A stretch of 64,000 nucleotides of DNA. Source: Chlorokybus atmophyticus (lineage: Eukaryota > Plantae > Mesostigma and Chlorokybus algae). The stretch is taken from contig RHPI01001116.1 in the NCBI GenBank assembly GCA_009103225.1, positions 949,267 to 1,013,266 of the forward strand, given 5' to 3'. Within the stretch, counting starts at the first letter, position 1, and every line of letters starts with the position of its first letter. The notes beneath the pieces are model-generated. The model did no database searches, had not been told where the DNA came from, and saw only the letters and a list, made by a program, of their open reading frames with translations. Made by a program: the position numbers and the translations under genes. Positions 10,401 through 21,700 of this stretch are shown here, in pieces.

Positions 10401-11152
10401 TGCCATAAGTGAGGACGTGTTTGTTTTTGTTGGCCACCATGACGGTGTTGGGTGTGACGCTGGTGCGGTTGATGGCACGTCATAAAGCGCGCTCAATTAA
10501 CGTGCATGTGGATGGGTTGCCAGGGCGCTGAGTCACCATGGCGCTGCGTTGCTCGGTCGGCACGGCCTCGCTGCCTCCTGCTGCCCCCCTGATGGAGCTG
10601 AGGCGGATGCTGGTTTCGGGCTAGGTGGTGGCGAGCCGCCCGAGGAAGACGTGGCCGCCTTCTCCCGCGCGGTGCGTACGAAGTGAGCTGCCTTACGCAC
10701 GAGAGTGGCCTCCTTTGACATTAATATAACATACTGACACATACATTCTCACACGGATTGACGTTCAAGGACCATGAATGGTCCGTGACGCAGGACCGGG
10801 ATTTTCCCCTGCTAAATGAAATTGACGGACCATGTATGGTCCGGCTTTCATGGACAGTCGGACCATGCATGGTCCGACTTTCACGTGAATGGTACCATTG
10901 TCCCATGGTACGGACCATTGAAGGTCCGGCCATCAGACCAGGGACAAAATCATATCATTACAATATCTCAATCATAACTGGTCCGGCTAGCGGACCATGG
11001 ACCGAATTGTATTCATGGAACAATGTAAATATGAGTGCAAATGCAGTAAAAGTTGAGACATCTTTGCCGGCGGCACCGGCTACGCCCAACCTGCGGCGCA
11101 CGAGGCCGCGGCCAGCTCCGCGGCGTTAGTGGAATGATTAGTCAAGAACACA

Positions 11153-11225
11153 CGCATCGGCCGGATTCGAACCCAGTACCTTTAGCATATCAAAGACGAC
11201 GCCCTAACCACTAAGCTACAAGTGC
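11153..11225 (-). pseudogene. Degenerate tRNA-derived sequence (tRNA-Ile-like) inside the CACTA element
   Basis: Minus strand reads gcacttgtagcttagtggttagggcgtcgtctttgatatgctaaaggtactgggttcgaatccggccgatgcg. It has an A box (tagcttagtggt) and a B box (ggttcgaatcc) at tRNA spacing, but the acceptor, anticodon and T stems pair poorly. Confidence 0.6.
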
Positions 11226-12104
11226 ACATACCGGTAGGGTTGCATGGCAACCTATATCATATAGTGTATTGCATGCGCCGCTTGGCGACTGTCGGCCGGC
11301 GGCAGTAATTTCCGATGGACAGTCGGAGATTGTCACTTTGATAGGCCATAGGCTGAGCCCATGCAACTGTAGCATTCATAGGCTGTACCAGTTACATGGA
11401 CGGTGGCAAACTACATACCGGTAGCCGCGAACTCGGCGGTTGTCAATACGCCAGTACAATTTGTAGACTTGTTAGGGGCTGTCATTGTGACAATGCTTAG
11501 CGATAGTAGCCAAATTGCGATTGTCAATGCAGCCAGTGTACCTTATCGGGCTGTCGATGATTCTGTGGTCGCATGAGGCTTTTATAGGCCATTTATGAGG
11601 TTATACAAGTAAGGCTACAAGTCATAACATCTGACATTGCTTACGCTTTCGTTTCGTACAAATCATCAAAACCAAATATACCATAAACTACGCCTAGCAA
11701 TGCAACATGCGAACAGCATCAACATATGTATTCATGGTATGATGTTAACGGTTGTCAACATTATGATATTGTAATAACCAACAAACTATATATAATGTAA
11801 TTAACACGCGCAACGCATGGATGTAAATTTGATATACTAATTTTTCTAGACTATGTAATTGTACAGCAATCATGACATTTTGTACAATTATATTCTTATA
11901 CATTATTTAAGATGTATATAATTTTGCATATGAAAGGTCTAATGCACATGTGTACGCGCATCAATATACTTACAACAATGTATGTACATAAAATAATAGA
12001 TTTGAAGTAATTGCACGGCTGCAAATTGCGGCCGTGCAATTACGTCAACAATTTTTGCTTGTATACCTTAAGCGTATTCCTACATGCACACACGTATATT
12101 TATC

Positions 12105-12202
12105 AACATATATATACATATGCATGTATACATATATATATATATATGTGTATATATACACATATATTTATATGTATACACATATCCATATATACATATA
12201 TA
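12105..12202. repeat. Compound (TA/CA)-rich microsatellite
   Basis: Direct reading: runs of tatatata, catata and tgtata. Confidence 0.85.
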
Positions 12203-12208
12203 GGCCAC

Positions 12209-12322
12209 AAGTGGACAGCCGCAACTGGTCGGCGGCTGTCAAGTTAAAGTGTACGTAGTGTACGTGGACAGCCGGCTGTCAATCTACATTGACAGCCGCC
12301 GACCATTTGCGACTGTCCACTT
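12209..12322. repeat. Inverted repeat with 34-bp arms (32/34 complementary) and a 46-bp spacer
   Basis: aagtggacagccgcaactggtcggcggctgtcaa (12209-12242) versus ttgacagccgccgaccatttgcgactgtccactt (12289-12322). Confidence 0.9.
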
Positions 12323-13387
12323 TATGGTAAGCGGCGACAGTCGGTGCGGCCTGTCATTAATTAAATGATGATACACACAATGTACGTATGTACTCGGTCA
12401 TGCAATAACGATACTACAGTCATGGTACACGTGTAGCGCGCCCTGCAGGGCCGCCAACCAGCAACATTGCTGGTCCATGCCGCCCCATACATGGTGTGGC
12501 ACGGACCATGTACGGTGCGCGGCTGCCGGGCCGCTGAGCCGCGGGCCCACTCCTGGTCCGCATCCAGGAACCAGCGTAGAGTACTAGTCCGTGCCGCACC
12601 ATACAAGGTGCGGCACGGACCATGGACGGTCCGTCCCTCGCCGACCAGACACTCGTGGTCCGCGGGGACGGACCATGTATGGCCCGCGGGGTCCGTGGAA
12701 GGACCATGCATGGTCCCCGAACGTCAATCCGTGTGTCTTCCCACACTAGCTTCTGCAAATTGGTTTTAGCTCAACCTTGCTACTTTTACCAGAAAAGTCA
12801 ATGGATAAATGCATTAATGTTTGTAACGTTTAAACCTAAAATACCTTATTAGAATAACTGCTCAAGCCATTTTATAATTAATTTTAGACCGTAAGGTATG
12901 TGTTACTATGGTAGTCCTAAAATCACACATATACTATCAACGCAATCACAGTGTAATCAAAAACTGCGCAAGTTGTACACCATGTATCACGCATAACAGG
13001 CAAGGCATGCTCACTCTCAGGCTGCTATGTTGACAGCATGATTGTGTGGGAGTTCAATTGCTTAGGTGTGTGCAATACCTTAGTGGTTCGCTCGTACAGT
13101 CAGTCCTTGTGCTCATGAGCCTCAGGCCTAAGGCTTAGGCAAGATGAACTGTACAAGACACTGATAAGCAGCTTATACAAAGTTGATCAGTGTACATGCC
13201 ATCAGTAACTTGCTGATGTGACAAGTGAGGATTGATGAGACATGTTTCTTGTGTGTGATGTAGCAGCCATTTATAAACTTGGATGAGGTGACATGTGTCA
13301 CACCATGTTGGCATATGCCAGTGGCATATGTTAGGACCTCCAGAAGACCTGTATGGCCAAAAGAATCTGATGTGTCAGCAAAGTGTG

Positions 13388-14080
13388 TGTAACGATGCTC
13401 GTGCTCACATACACAACACACAAGTCATACAACGCATGTGTGCAGCTGAGCACAGTTTTCACACCGGAACCTTGCCTTCTCCCGCGCACGCACATACGCA
13501 TCGAGCACGCACACGCACATGAACACTACTGCTTCCCACACCAAGCAAGAACGCAGCTGTGTGCCTTGGATCAGGCCTCTCTCAAGCATACACCGTGTGA
13601 CTAGCATATTCACACTAGAGAGCAGAAAGCTAAAATTGGTATTACATAGGGGGTTTTCCTATCTTACAAGCACAAGGAAATAGCAGCCTAATTAACAGGC
13701 AATTTATTCACTATCAAAGCTAAAGGACGAGTCCAATCGCAGGCTACTGCCACTCGCGTAGGGTCGGGCGCACTGTGCCATCTGCGTCACACCATGTGCC
13801 TCTCGGCGTCTCACGTCGGCATCTGACTGTGCAGTTTGCGTCACCTAGCACTGCACAGCGCAGGTTCAGTCAGCAACAACGTCACTGCTGCCTGGCAGTA
13901 CGTCACGTCACCGGCAGGCAGCTGCTACTGGGTAGGTCGCAGACGCAGTCGCGCGCTGCATCCGAGCCGGCGCAAAAAGGGCCTAACAAAGCTTTACAAA
14001 AGCCTTCATTAAGCCAGCAAAAAAAGCAAAGCAAGTGCTTTATATACAATAAGATACAGGAAATGCTCCAGGCTGTTACA
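13388..14080 (-). repeat. 3' LTR of the chromovirus (693 bp)
   Basis: Direct repeat of 18045-18716, abutting the purine tract caaaggggaagggg on the minus strand. Confidence 0.93.
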
Positions 14081-14102
14081 CCCCTTCCCCTTTGAAAGAG
14101 CT

Positions 14103-14840
14103 TCATCCTCGAAGCTGACCAGTGCCTCCTCTGGCCTTGTACTTCTGCAAAATCTGTTTAGCATTGGTGAAGCTCTCCTCGGGTTCGTACATCACCTGGT
14201 GTATCGGATAGCCGCGCCACTTCACCAAGTACTTGCGCACACCTCCCAGCAGCTTGTCCTTGATAATTTGCCTCCACCTCCCACTCAGCTTGGCCCTCAC
14301 GAACCAGAACCGGAGGCGGACGAGGTGAGCTGCTGCTCACTCAGCTTGAGCACACCCGTGACCAGCTGCATATGCTTTGTAGAAAGCATCACACGATCAC
14401 TCGGCGAAACGACAACATGCTTGCGATGCGCATCGGCGTATTGCTTTTGCCTTTTTTGTGCAACAATCAGAGCCTCACGAGCTGCCTTACTGATGTCCGC
14501 ACACTTTTCGAGAAAGCCTTCCACGGCCTCTGCGTCTGAACATTGCATGCTAGGAGCCCATGCCGTCAACGGCGTCAACGGATGTTGCCCATAATTCATG
14601 AAAAAAGGTGTCACGCCCGTGCTTGCACTCTTGTGGTTGTCGATGGTGAATTCAATCAGCTCTAGCATGTTTTTCCAATTGTCTTGTCGGCTGTTCACAT
14701 AGCACCGTAATATGTTCTCGACCACACGGTTGGTGTGTTCCGTTTGGCGGTCCGTCTTGGGGTGGTATGCGGTGCAGAACCTTAAGGTTGTGCTCAAAGC
14801 TGAATGGAGGGCCTTTCAGAAGTTTCCCATGAATTGCGGG
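14103..14840 (-). pseudogene. Chromovirus integrase C-terminal half plus chromodomain
   Basis: PQFMGNF*KAL...LRFCTAYHPKTDRQTEHTNRVVENILRCYV, SASTGVTPFFMNYGQHP and QKRQKQYADAHR. Chromodomain: IIKDKLLGGVRKYLVKWRGYP...YEPEESF. Confidence 0.9.
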
Positions 14841-16745
14841 TGCTGGCTACAGGCCGTGAGGCACTGCGGTTGGTGTCCAGCACTGCCTGCTCATACACCA
14901 AGCGCTTATGGATGGCTTGTGCAGTCCCGAAAGCTTCCTTGAGCGTGTAGCCAAGGGGCCTGTTGTAGTTCAGGGTCAGGCGCGTCGCCTCGCCCAGGGT
15001 GGCATCCAACTCATTGACATACCACTGCAGCAGCTTCGTCACTGACGATCTTGTAGACAGTGTCCTTTAACAGCCCTTCCAGTCTGGAGTACAGGCGTAG
15101 AGGGTCCTCGTTGGGCTTGTGTCGGAACCGTCTCAGCTCCTCCACCTTGCTGGTGGTCTGCGGTGGGAAGGTGCGACGAAGTGCAGCGTACAAGTCCTTA
15201 AGTGGAGAGTCGAAGATAGCAGCACCTACATTGATGGCTAGTGCGCGCAGTGCGCCTGACCCGAGGGTGAAAGCACTGCCTCCCGCACGAGAGCCAGGTG
15301 TTGCCAAAGGTAGGGGTGTGCCTACCTCAACGGCTGCAGCTCGTTGGTCTTCAAGGATAGCAGCAGAACGGTACATGATCCGAGCCCGTTGTGCGGCCGT
15401 CTTGATCTCAATCTCTGCAGGGGTCAGGTTGACAATCACCAACTCAAGTGCCTCCTCTTCTGCCTTGTCGATGGCTGCCGCTATCGACAAACCGGTGACT
15501 GCATCGGAAGTGGCAGGTGGAAAGACGGCTGCTAGACTGTGCAATGACGCAGATGCTATGGTGCTGGCGAGCTCGCCATAGCCATCAACTCGATGCAGTT
15601 CAGCAACAAACTTCTAGACATCATGCGCTTCATGGTTGATACTGAGCAGCAATATAAAAAGAAATCTCATCTGACCAGTCTTTATTCTTCAGTGCTTGCT
15701 GTCGCATCTTGGAATGAAACTTGATGATGAATTTGTGCAGCGAGGTGGTGCCAGCACGTCTGAAAAAGCGCAGGGACGTGGTTGAGCAGGAAGATCCCAT
15801 TTCGTAGTCGTCACTGTCGGATGAGGGTGGGGAAGCTCGATGACGAGGAGTAGACAGGAACGGGGTGAAGCCGAAGACAGAATGCGAGCCTCTGCTGCTG
15901 CGATCGTTGCTCCCATCACTGGTTCGCTTGCAGGTGAGATTGGAGGTTGGGCTCTAGCTGCTGAAGTCACCCTCGTCTATTGCGGAGAGTGGGGTGGGCC
16001 TGCTCATACAGCTAGTCCACAGGTGAAAGTGTATGCAGGGTAGAGTGTTTGTGCTTTACTGCCTGTCTTGATGCAGCTACCACTCACCAAACTAGTGCTT
16101 GTGTGCGCACTATGTGTTGACAGTGATAACGAATGCACAGAGATGTGTCCCCAACTTGGGGACACAGTCTATATTTGAAATATAGACTGCACTACCTAAT
16201 GCACAATGCGACGCACTCACTTGAGCAAAGAGGGTGACACTGTGAGTCAACAAGCCACTACTATAGGTAGTGCTGTTTACACAGTTCTTTGCACGAGCGG
16301 AAAATGTGTTACACTGTTAAGTTAGGTGAATGAGCAAGCAACACGTGGATACCATGCCCTAACTAATGCCAACAAGCACACTGCAACCAGGCACACCAAG
16401 CTCACAGCAATGACAGGCATGATGCACACGAGCATGCACAGGCTCCCACACAATGAGGGGTTTCTTGATAACCGGAACGGTGTGTTCGTAGTTCAAGTCG
16501 TTTCACAAGCTCTTAGCTTTCTCACTCACAGTGTCACCAGTTGATCCGGTGAACACCATAACTACTTATACAAGTCAAATCAAGACTGTTTAGAACATAA
16601 GCTAACGGTCATATTGAGGCTATTTCCACAGCAATCCCCACTCGATAGAAAACACAACTTATAATTAAACTCACAATTAAACAGCTACGCGCGGTGCCTA
16701 TGTAGGCTATGGTCATGAGCTACTCTAGAGTCATGACCTAGCTAC
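14841..16745 (-). mobile_element. Fragment of a second Gypsy family (LTR-like segment plus gag) lodged inside the chromovirus
   Basis: Gag-like ORFs 15011-15544 (LRRFRHKPNEDPLRLYSRLEGLL) and 14794-15042. Sequence at 16245-16540 shares several collinear blocks with the DNMT-Gypsy LTR at 4418-4810. Boundaries are approximate. Confidence 0.6.
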
Positions 16746-17199
16746 TGGTCAGTGACGCGCACGTGTTGGTATGCTGGTAGGCCGGGCAATGGTTTCGATG
16801 TAGGCATGCTTGATGAAGGCTGGTATGCGCGGACAATAGTCATGACAGCATCCACGGAAGGCTCTGAACTGTCAGCATCAGAATGAGGCTCCATCTCAAC
16901 CCCGGCAACAGCCTCCTTAGCTACTGAGGTGAGCCGTTTCCTGATTGCAATATCTCCTCCTCCACCGTATTCACACGTCCACCGCCGCGCGCATTGCATG
17001 TGCAGCCGACTTTGCCTTGAAGATGGGGCTGTTGGAGCGCATATGTTCTGTGGAAATGCTCCCAACACTTCCGAACTACCTTGGCATCTTCCCGACCCTT
17101 CACACTGTGGCACCCTTCTTTAAAGCATGGAGAACATCCAACTCCATTGGTGTAGATCCCGAGCCAGCCCCCGCAGCTGTTGCAGCTCCTGAATTAGCA

Positions 17200-17979
17200 T
17201 TAAAATGGTGTGTATGAGCGATATAATCCTCCCCGTGACTGATTGAAGTGCCCACGATTAGTGTCTTTGGTAGTACTCATGAAAAACAACACGTCCGTAC
17301 GCTCCGCGCTACCGATGGCCTCCGCAAGAGACTTTGCGTCACGAAGCTCAACTTCCTTGCAATATAGAGTTTTCAACCCGCGCGGATAGCGGTCCAGCTG
17401 CTCCTCCTCAGTCATGTTGGGTATGGAGAGCACAAGACGCTGAAACGCAAGCGTATAGGCCATCACGGACTGCGTTTGCATAAGTGTAGAGAGTTGATCG
17501 CGTGCCGTCTTTATGCTTTGCACAGGTACAAACCGTGTCTTCACCTCAGCGGCCAGCTCAGCCGTGACAAAGGGAACCTGGCGACCAGCTTGCACACGAG
17601 CACAATGATGATGCCACCAAGCAAATGCAGCTCCCTTAAAGAAAGTAGTAGCCACATCGACATGAGGATGTACGGGTACCTCGGTGAGCTTTAACCATGA
17701 GATAGTAAACACCCACTCCTCGACGCAATCACCATCCCTCTGGCCCTTGAATGGCTTCGGTTTTGGCACTTGACGAGAGATTGGTGGAAGAGCCACAGAT
17801 ACAGCAATAAGCATAGCCGCGTGCTTGCGCCAAAACTTCTTAAAATTGTGCCGCTTGAGCTTGGGCAGATGCTTGAACATGTTGCAGCTCCTCATGAGCA
17901 GCCACCAGCACTTGCTGAAGCCCCTCAACACGTGCAGCATCCATGGTAGCGTCCATAAACAGAAAAATACTTCACACAC
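17200..17979 (-). pseudogene. Chromovirus gag (retrotransposon gag domain)
   Basis: PKPKPFKG...VEEWVF...FFKGAAFAWW...RDQLSTLMQTQSVMAYTLAFQRL...EQLDRYPRGLK. Confidence 0.88.
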
Positions 17980-18044
17980 CAGAGATACAGTTGAAATCCT
18001 TTAAAAAAAAAAGAAACTCAACCCTTCCAAGGGCTTCGATACCC

Positions 18045-18716
18045 TGCAACGATGCTCGTGCTCACATACACAGCACACAAGTTATACAAGACATGTGTGC
18101 AGCTGAGCACAGTCTTCACACCGGAACCTTGCCTTCTGCCGCGCGTGCACGCACGCGTCGAGCACACGCACACGAACACTACTACTTCCCTCGCCAAGCT
18201 AAAAAAGCAACAGTGTGCCTTAGATCACGCCTCTCCAAGCATACATCAGCATACTCACAGTAGAGAGCAGAAAGCTAAACTTGGTATTACATAGGGGTTT
18301 TTCTATCTTACAAGCACTAGAATATCAGCCTATTTAATAAACAGTGTATTGACAAATCTAGAGAACGAGTCCAAGCGCAAGCTGCTGCCACTCGCGTCGG
18401 GTCGGCGCACTGTGCCATCCGCGTCACACCATGTGCCTCTCGGCGTCACACGTCGGCATCTGACTGTGCAGTCCGCGTTACCTGGCACTGCACAGCACGG
18501 GTCCAGTCATTAACGACGTCACTGCTGCCTGGCAGTAGGTCACGTCGCCGGCAAGCAACTGCTACTAGTAGGTCGCAGGCGCAGTCGCGCGCTGCAGTCG
18601 AGCCGGCGCCAAAAGGGCCTAATAAGGCTTTACAAAAGCCTTTACTAAGCCAGCGAAAAAGGCAAAGCAAGTGCGTTATGTACAATAAGATTCAGGAAAT
18701 GCTCCAGGCTGTGACA
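18045..18716 (-). repeat. 5' LTR of the chromovirus (672 bp)
   Basis: Direct repeat of 13388-14080, visibly diverged by many transitions and a few indels. It is followed on the minus strand by GGGTATCGAAGCC. Confidence 0.93.
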
Positions 18717-21700
18717 GTGTGGGCGAAAAGGCGTTGATGGCTTTTCAGCTCACCTGTGGGAAGGCATCAGCAAGGAGTATAACAGGCTAGGCCAGCATGG
18801 TGTTGGGGGGTTCAGTTTGGACTCAGCTCGGTGCTTACTTGTTGTGTGAATGGAATGCTTGGTTTAGCTGTTCAAGGGGCCTTCCTTACCCTCGTGTGTG
18901 GGGCGTTTCTGGGCGTTCTAATTAGGGCTTGGGGTGTTTATTCTGTGGTTGACGCCTGCATTGAAGATAAGGCGCCTCCCCTTACCTGTTGATGTGGACA
19001 ACCCCTAGCTGGTTCGGCCTTGAGCACTGCTTTGCATGCATGCATGCATGTGTATGTGCATGCAGTAGCCTTACATACTGTTGGTGCATGTTTGCATGCC
19101 CCTTGCATGATGAGGGCGTGCATGGTCTGCGTGCATGCACAATAGTCTTGCACCTGTGTGCATGTGTGGTTGCATCTTCCAGGCCATACTGCATGCTCAC
19201 GCATTATATGAGCCTCTAGTAGCAAGCCCCTTGTATTACGTGTTTTTACAATGTGGTTATGATGGTATTGCGGTGAATGGGTGACCTGCCCTGTGCGAAG
19301 TGCTCCGTGGGATCCCTGCTTGGGATTGTGGACTCCATGAAGTCATGCCCCATGCTTCCCGTTGTCCAAATGACCTGTTTGTCGGGGCTATCGTGCTATT
19401 ACATTAATGCATTGACTAGCATTGAGTGGTTTACATCACACAGAGGTGTTGGTTGTGACACCTTTTATGCACAGCTGCGGGAAAATCAGTCAGCATTGCA
19501 ATGATATACAATGTATAGCAAAACGATCAAGACGATCGCAAGTCTCATAAGTTGTTTCAGTTGGCCAAGTTGTTCCCGTAAGCAAAAATCGTGCAGCAAA
19601 TTAGGTGGACCGTTTTCATTGTGCTACAACGGTGATCTTGCTAAGTTGTGCTAATGGATTAAAGCAATCAGCGCCATAAGCAGCAGGACCAATTATTAAA
19701 GTATCGTATTGCTTTGATATTTATGTACAAAGCGGCCGCAGCGGCGGTTAAAGCTATACTGTTGAATTTGGTATAAGTTTTGAGAATATACCCAGTCAAT
19801 TCAAGGACGATAATATATGTTATATCGTGATCTGGAAATTTAGATAAAAAACGAATGCCCGTCAAGATTACGAATTTGCAAAAATCTCGTGGCTATGCTA
19901 CACGTCACAACTTGCAGCTTTTTTGGATCTTACAACATTTAATGCTTTGCAACAGCCTTGCATTAGCCTGTCGAAGTGCACTTAAGCAGCGAATCTTCAT
20001 CATATGCATCACCCAAAGAACTTTACACAGATTGCTCTGTCCACAAATAGATTTAAATTTAGAGGATTTTATACTGTGCGACACCACCATCATGATGGTC
20101 ACATGGGAATATCGCAATGGATGCTGAGCCATGAGGAATCCGACCTATGCCCTCTAGCATCTCGGCCTCTAAAATGCGCAATTGCGGTTGTTCGCAAGAA
20201 ACCGTATTTACTCCGATAAGCCTCCCTTAGAGATTACAAACCCCCCACCTTTTTTTTTGTAAGAAAGGGGCTTTTTAAAATATGGGGTTTCAATTCAAGG
20301 GGAGGTGAANNNNNNNNNTGGGCGGGGGCGGGGGGTGTCTGGTTATGGCAACATCTTATGCCACACATGTACAGCATGGTTCAAACCAATATTGCAGCAG
20401 AACTTTTGTAGCAGTGCTACTTATTGAAACGACAGGTTTAGCGGCCTGCTGCCGCCATTAAGGTGGTAGAATCTACCGTCGTCGTTGTCGGCGGCAGTAA
20501 GATTGTACAGACAATTGTTAGTAACATGCAATACGGTAAGCAAGCGTTCAGCAAGAGTTAAATGGTTAAATACATACTGCCTGCTGCAAGATGAGCAATT
20601 TGCATCCACTTCACGCCAAGATGAAGCGAAAGCTATGTTGTTGCTCCAAAACGCATATATATATATATATATGTGCACATGCATAGTATGCACGTGCATA
20701 GGTCACGGCCATGGTCTTTGCAAAGTCTCCAACAAGACTGCAAGTGCCACTGCACTTGCATGTGCGTCGGACGTACCTGCACACGACAGCAGCACTACAA
20801 TAGGCTAGCAATGATTGGGTGAACACATGGTGCAAGTTAGTGGTTTAAGTATGGCAAAGGCAATAGCCATAGCAGTAGTGCATGTGCTGGGCCCCACAGC
20901 AGCACGGCGAGCAAATGTAGGCAACAACAACAGCAGCATCGCCTCACCTGGACAAAAGTGCATATACCAAGTATGTGTAAATAATAAATAATAATTGCAC
21001 ATAATACTGCACATACGTTGTACCGTGTTTTGTCGAATACATCCCCCTTGCAAACAAAGCCCCCCCCCCCCCGCTCTCACAGTTGCGGGTGTTATAATGG
21101 GAGGGAGCAGGGGGGTGGGGGGTGGGGTTGTATATATACAACAAAACACGATATGTGCACATATATACATGTCACATGTATGTATATACGTAATTTATAT
21201 GATGTAATTTACGTACATAGCCCATTGCGTCTATATTAATTGTACTTATTGCATGTTTATTTCCAGCATCATTGATGCTACAAGCTGTAATGTCAAACTT
21301 GTAAAGTATTGAATACTTTTCATGCAATCTTAATGTACGATATATATGCGACAAGCCTGGCGGCGGAGGCAGCATTGTCGCGGTTGTTGGGTATTGGTAC
21401 AATTATCGTCATCGTCGTCGTCACTCGTGTTTACTCATCTCTGCCCCTCCGCTCTGCCCTGTTTACATATTGCTAGTGGTGTACTACATACCTTTGCTCA
21501 TTATTGCCTCTTTTGCTTGCCCCTGCTTGCATATGACCTAGCCCTTTATGTTTGTCGTGTATGAGTTGGTACAGTTTTTGTTGCTATTGTCACTTGCTTA
21601 TGCATCTTGCTTCATTTTATTGATGTAGCACGCATGAGATACCCCATGGACGCTACCAACGTTGGTCCCGTTTCAAATCACAATGAAGGCATGACATATA

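Larger units (their letters stand above)
4232..10718 (-). mobile_element. Ty3/Gypsy LTR retrotransposon encoding a C5 cytosine DNA methyltransferase and a C-terminal PHD finger; decayed and 5'-truncated
   Basis: Minus-strand order is gag tail, protease (LDTGAQ), DNMT motifs, RT (YIDD), RNase H, integrase, PHD, PPT (AGGGGGG, 5395-5401), then an LTR starting TG at 5394. There are several frameshifts and stops. No 5' LTR was found. Confidence 0.9.
10750..12735. mobile_element. Non-autonomous CACTA/EnSpm (CMC)-type DNA transposon
   Basis: Perfect 17-bp TIRs CACACGGATTGACGTTC (10750-10766 and 12719-12735), extendable to about 35 bp with few mismatches. 3-bp TSD TCT at 10747-10749 and 12736-12738. 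Subterminal arrays of GGACCATGnATGGTCC-like palindromes at both ends. No transposase ORF. Confidence 0.88.
13388..18716 (-). mobile_element. Chromovirus-type Ty3/Gypsy LTR retrotransposon with both LTRs, internally deleted or chimeric (no RT/RNase H)
   Basis: LTRs at 13388-14080 and 18045-18716, both TG...CA. 5-bp TSD GTGTG (13383-13387 and 18717-18721). PPT at 14081-14094, PBS-like sequence at 18032-18044, gag at 17200-17979, integrase C-terminal half and chromodomain at 14103-14840. Confidence 0.93.

Noticed and set aside
14841-16745. Idea that this gag+LTR is the missing 5' end of the very same DNMT-Gypsy copy at 4232-10718
   Set aside because: It lies inside a chromovirus with intact TSDs, which is topologically inconsistent with simple nesting. 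Its LTR similarity is only patchy, so it is treated as a related family member instead.
20485-20660. ORF beginning AVRLYRQLL, reminiscent of LYR-motif proteins
   Set aside because: There is no ATG (TTG start with an in-frame stop just upstream), it runs into a TA microsatellite, and the rest of the LYR pattern is unconvincing.
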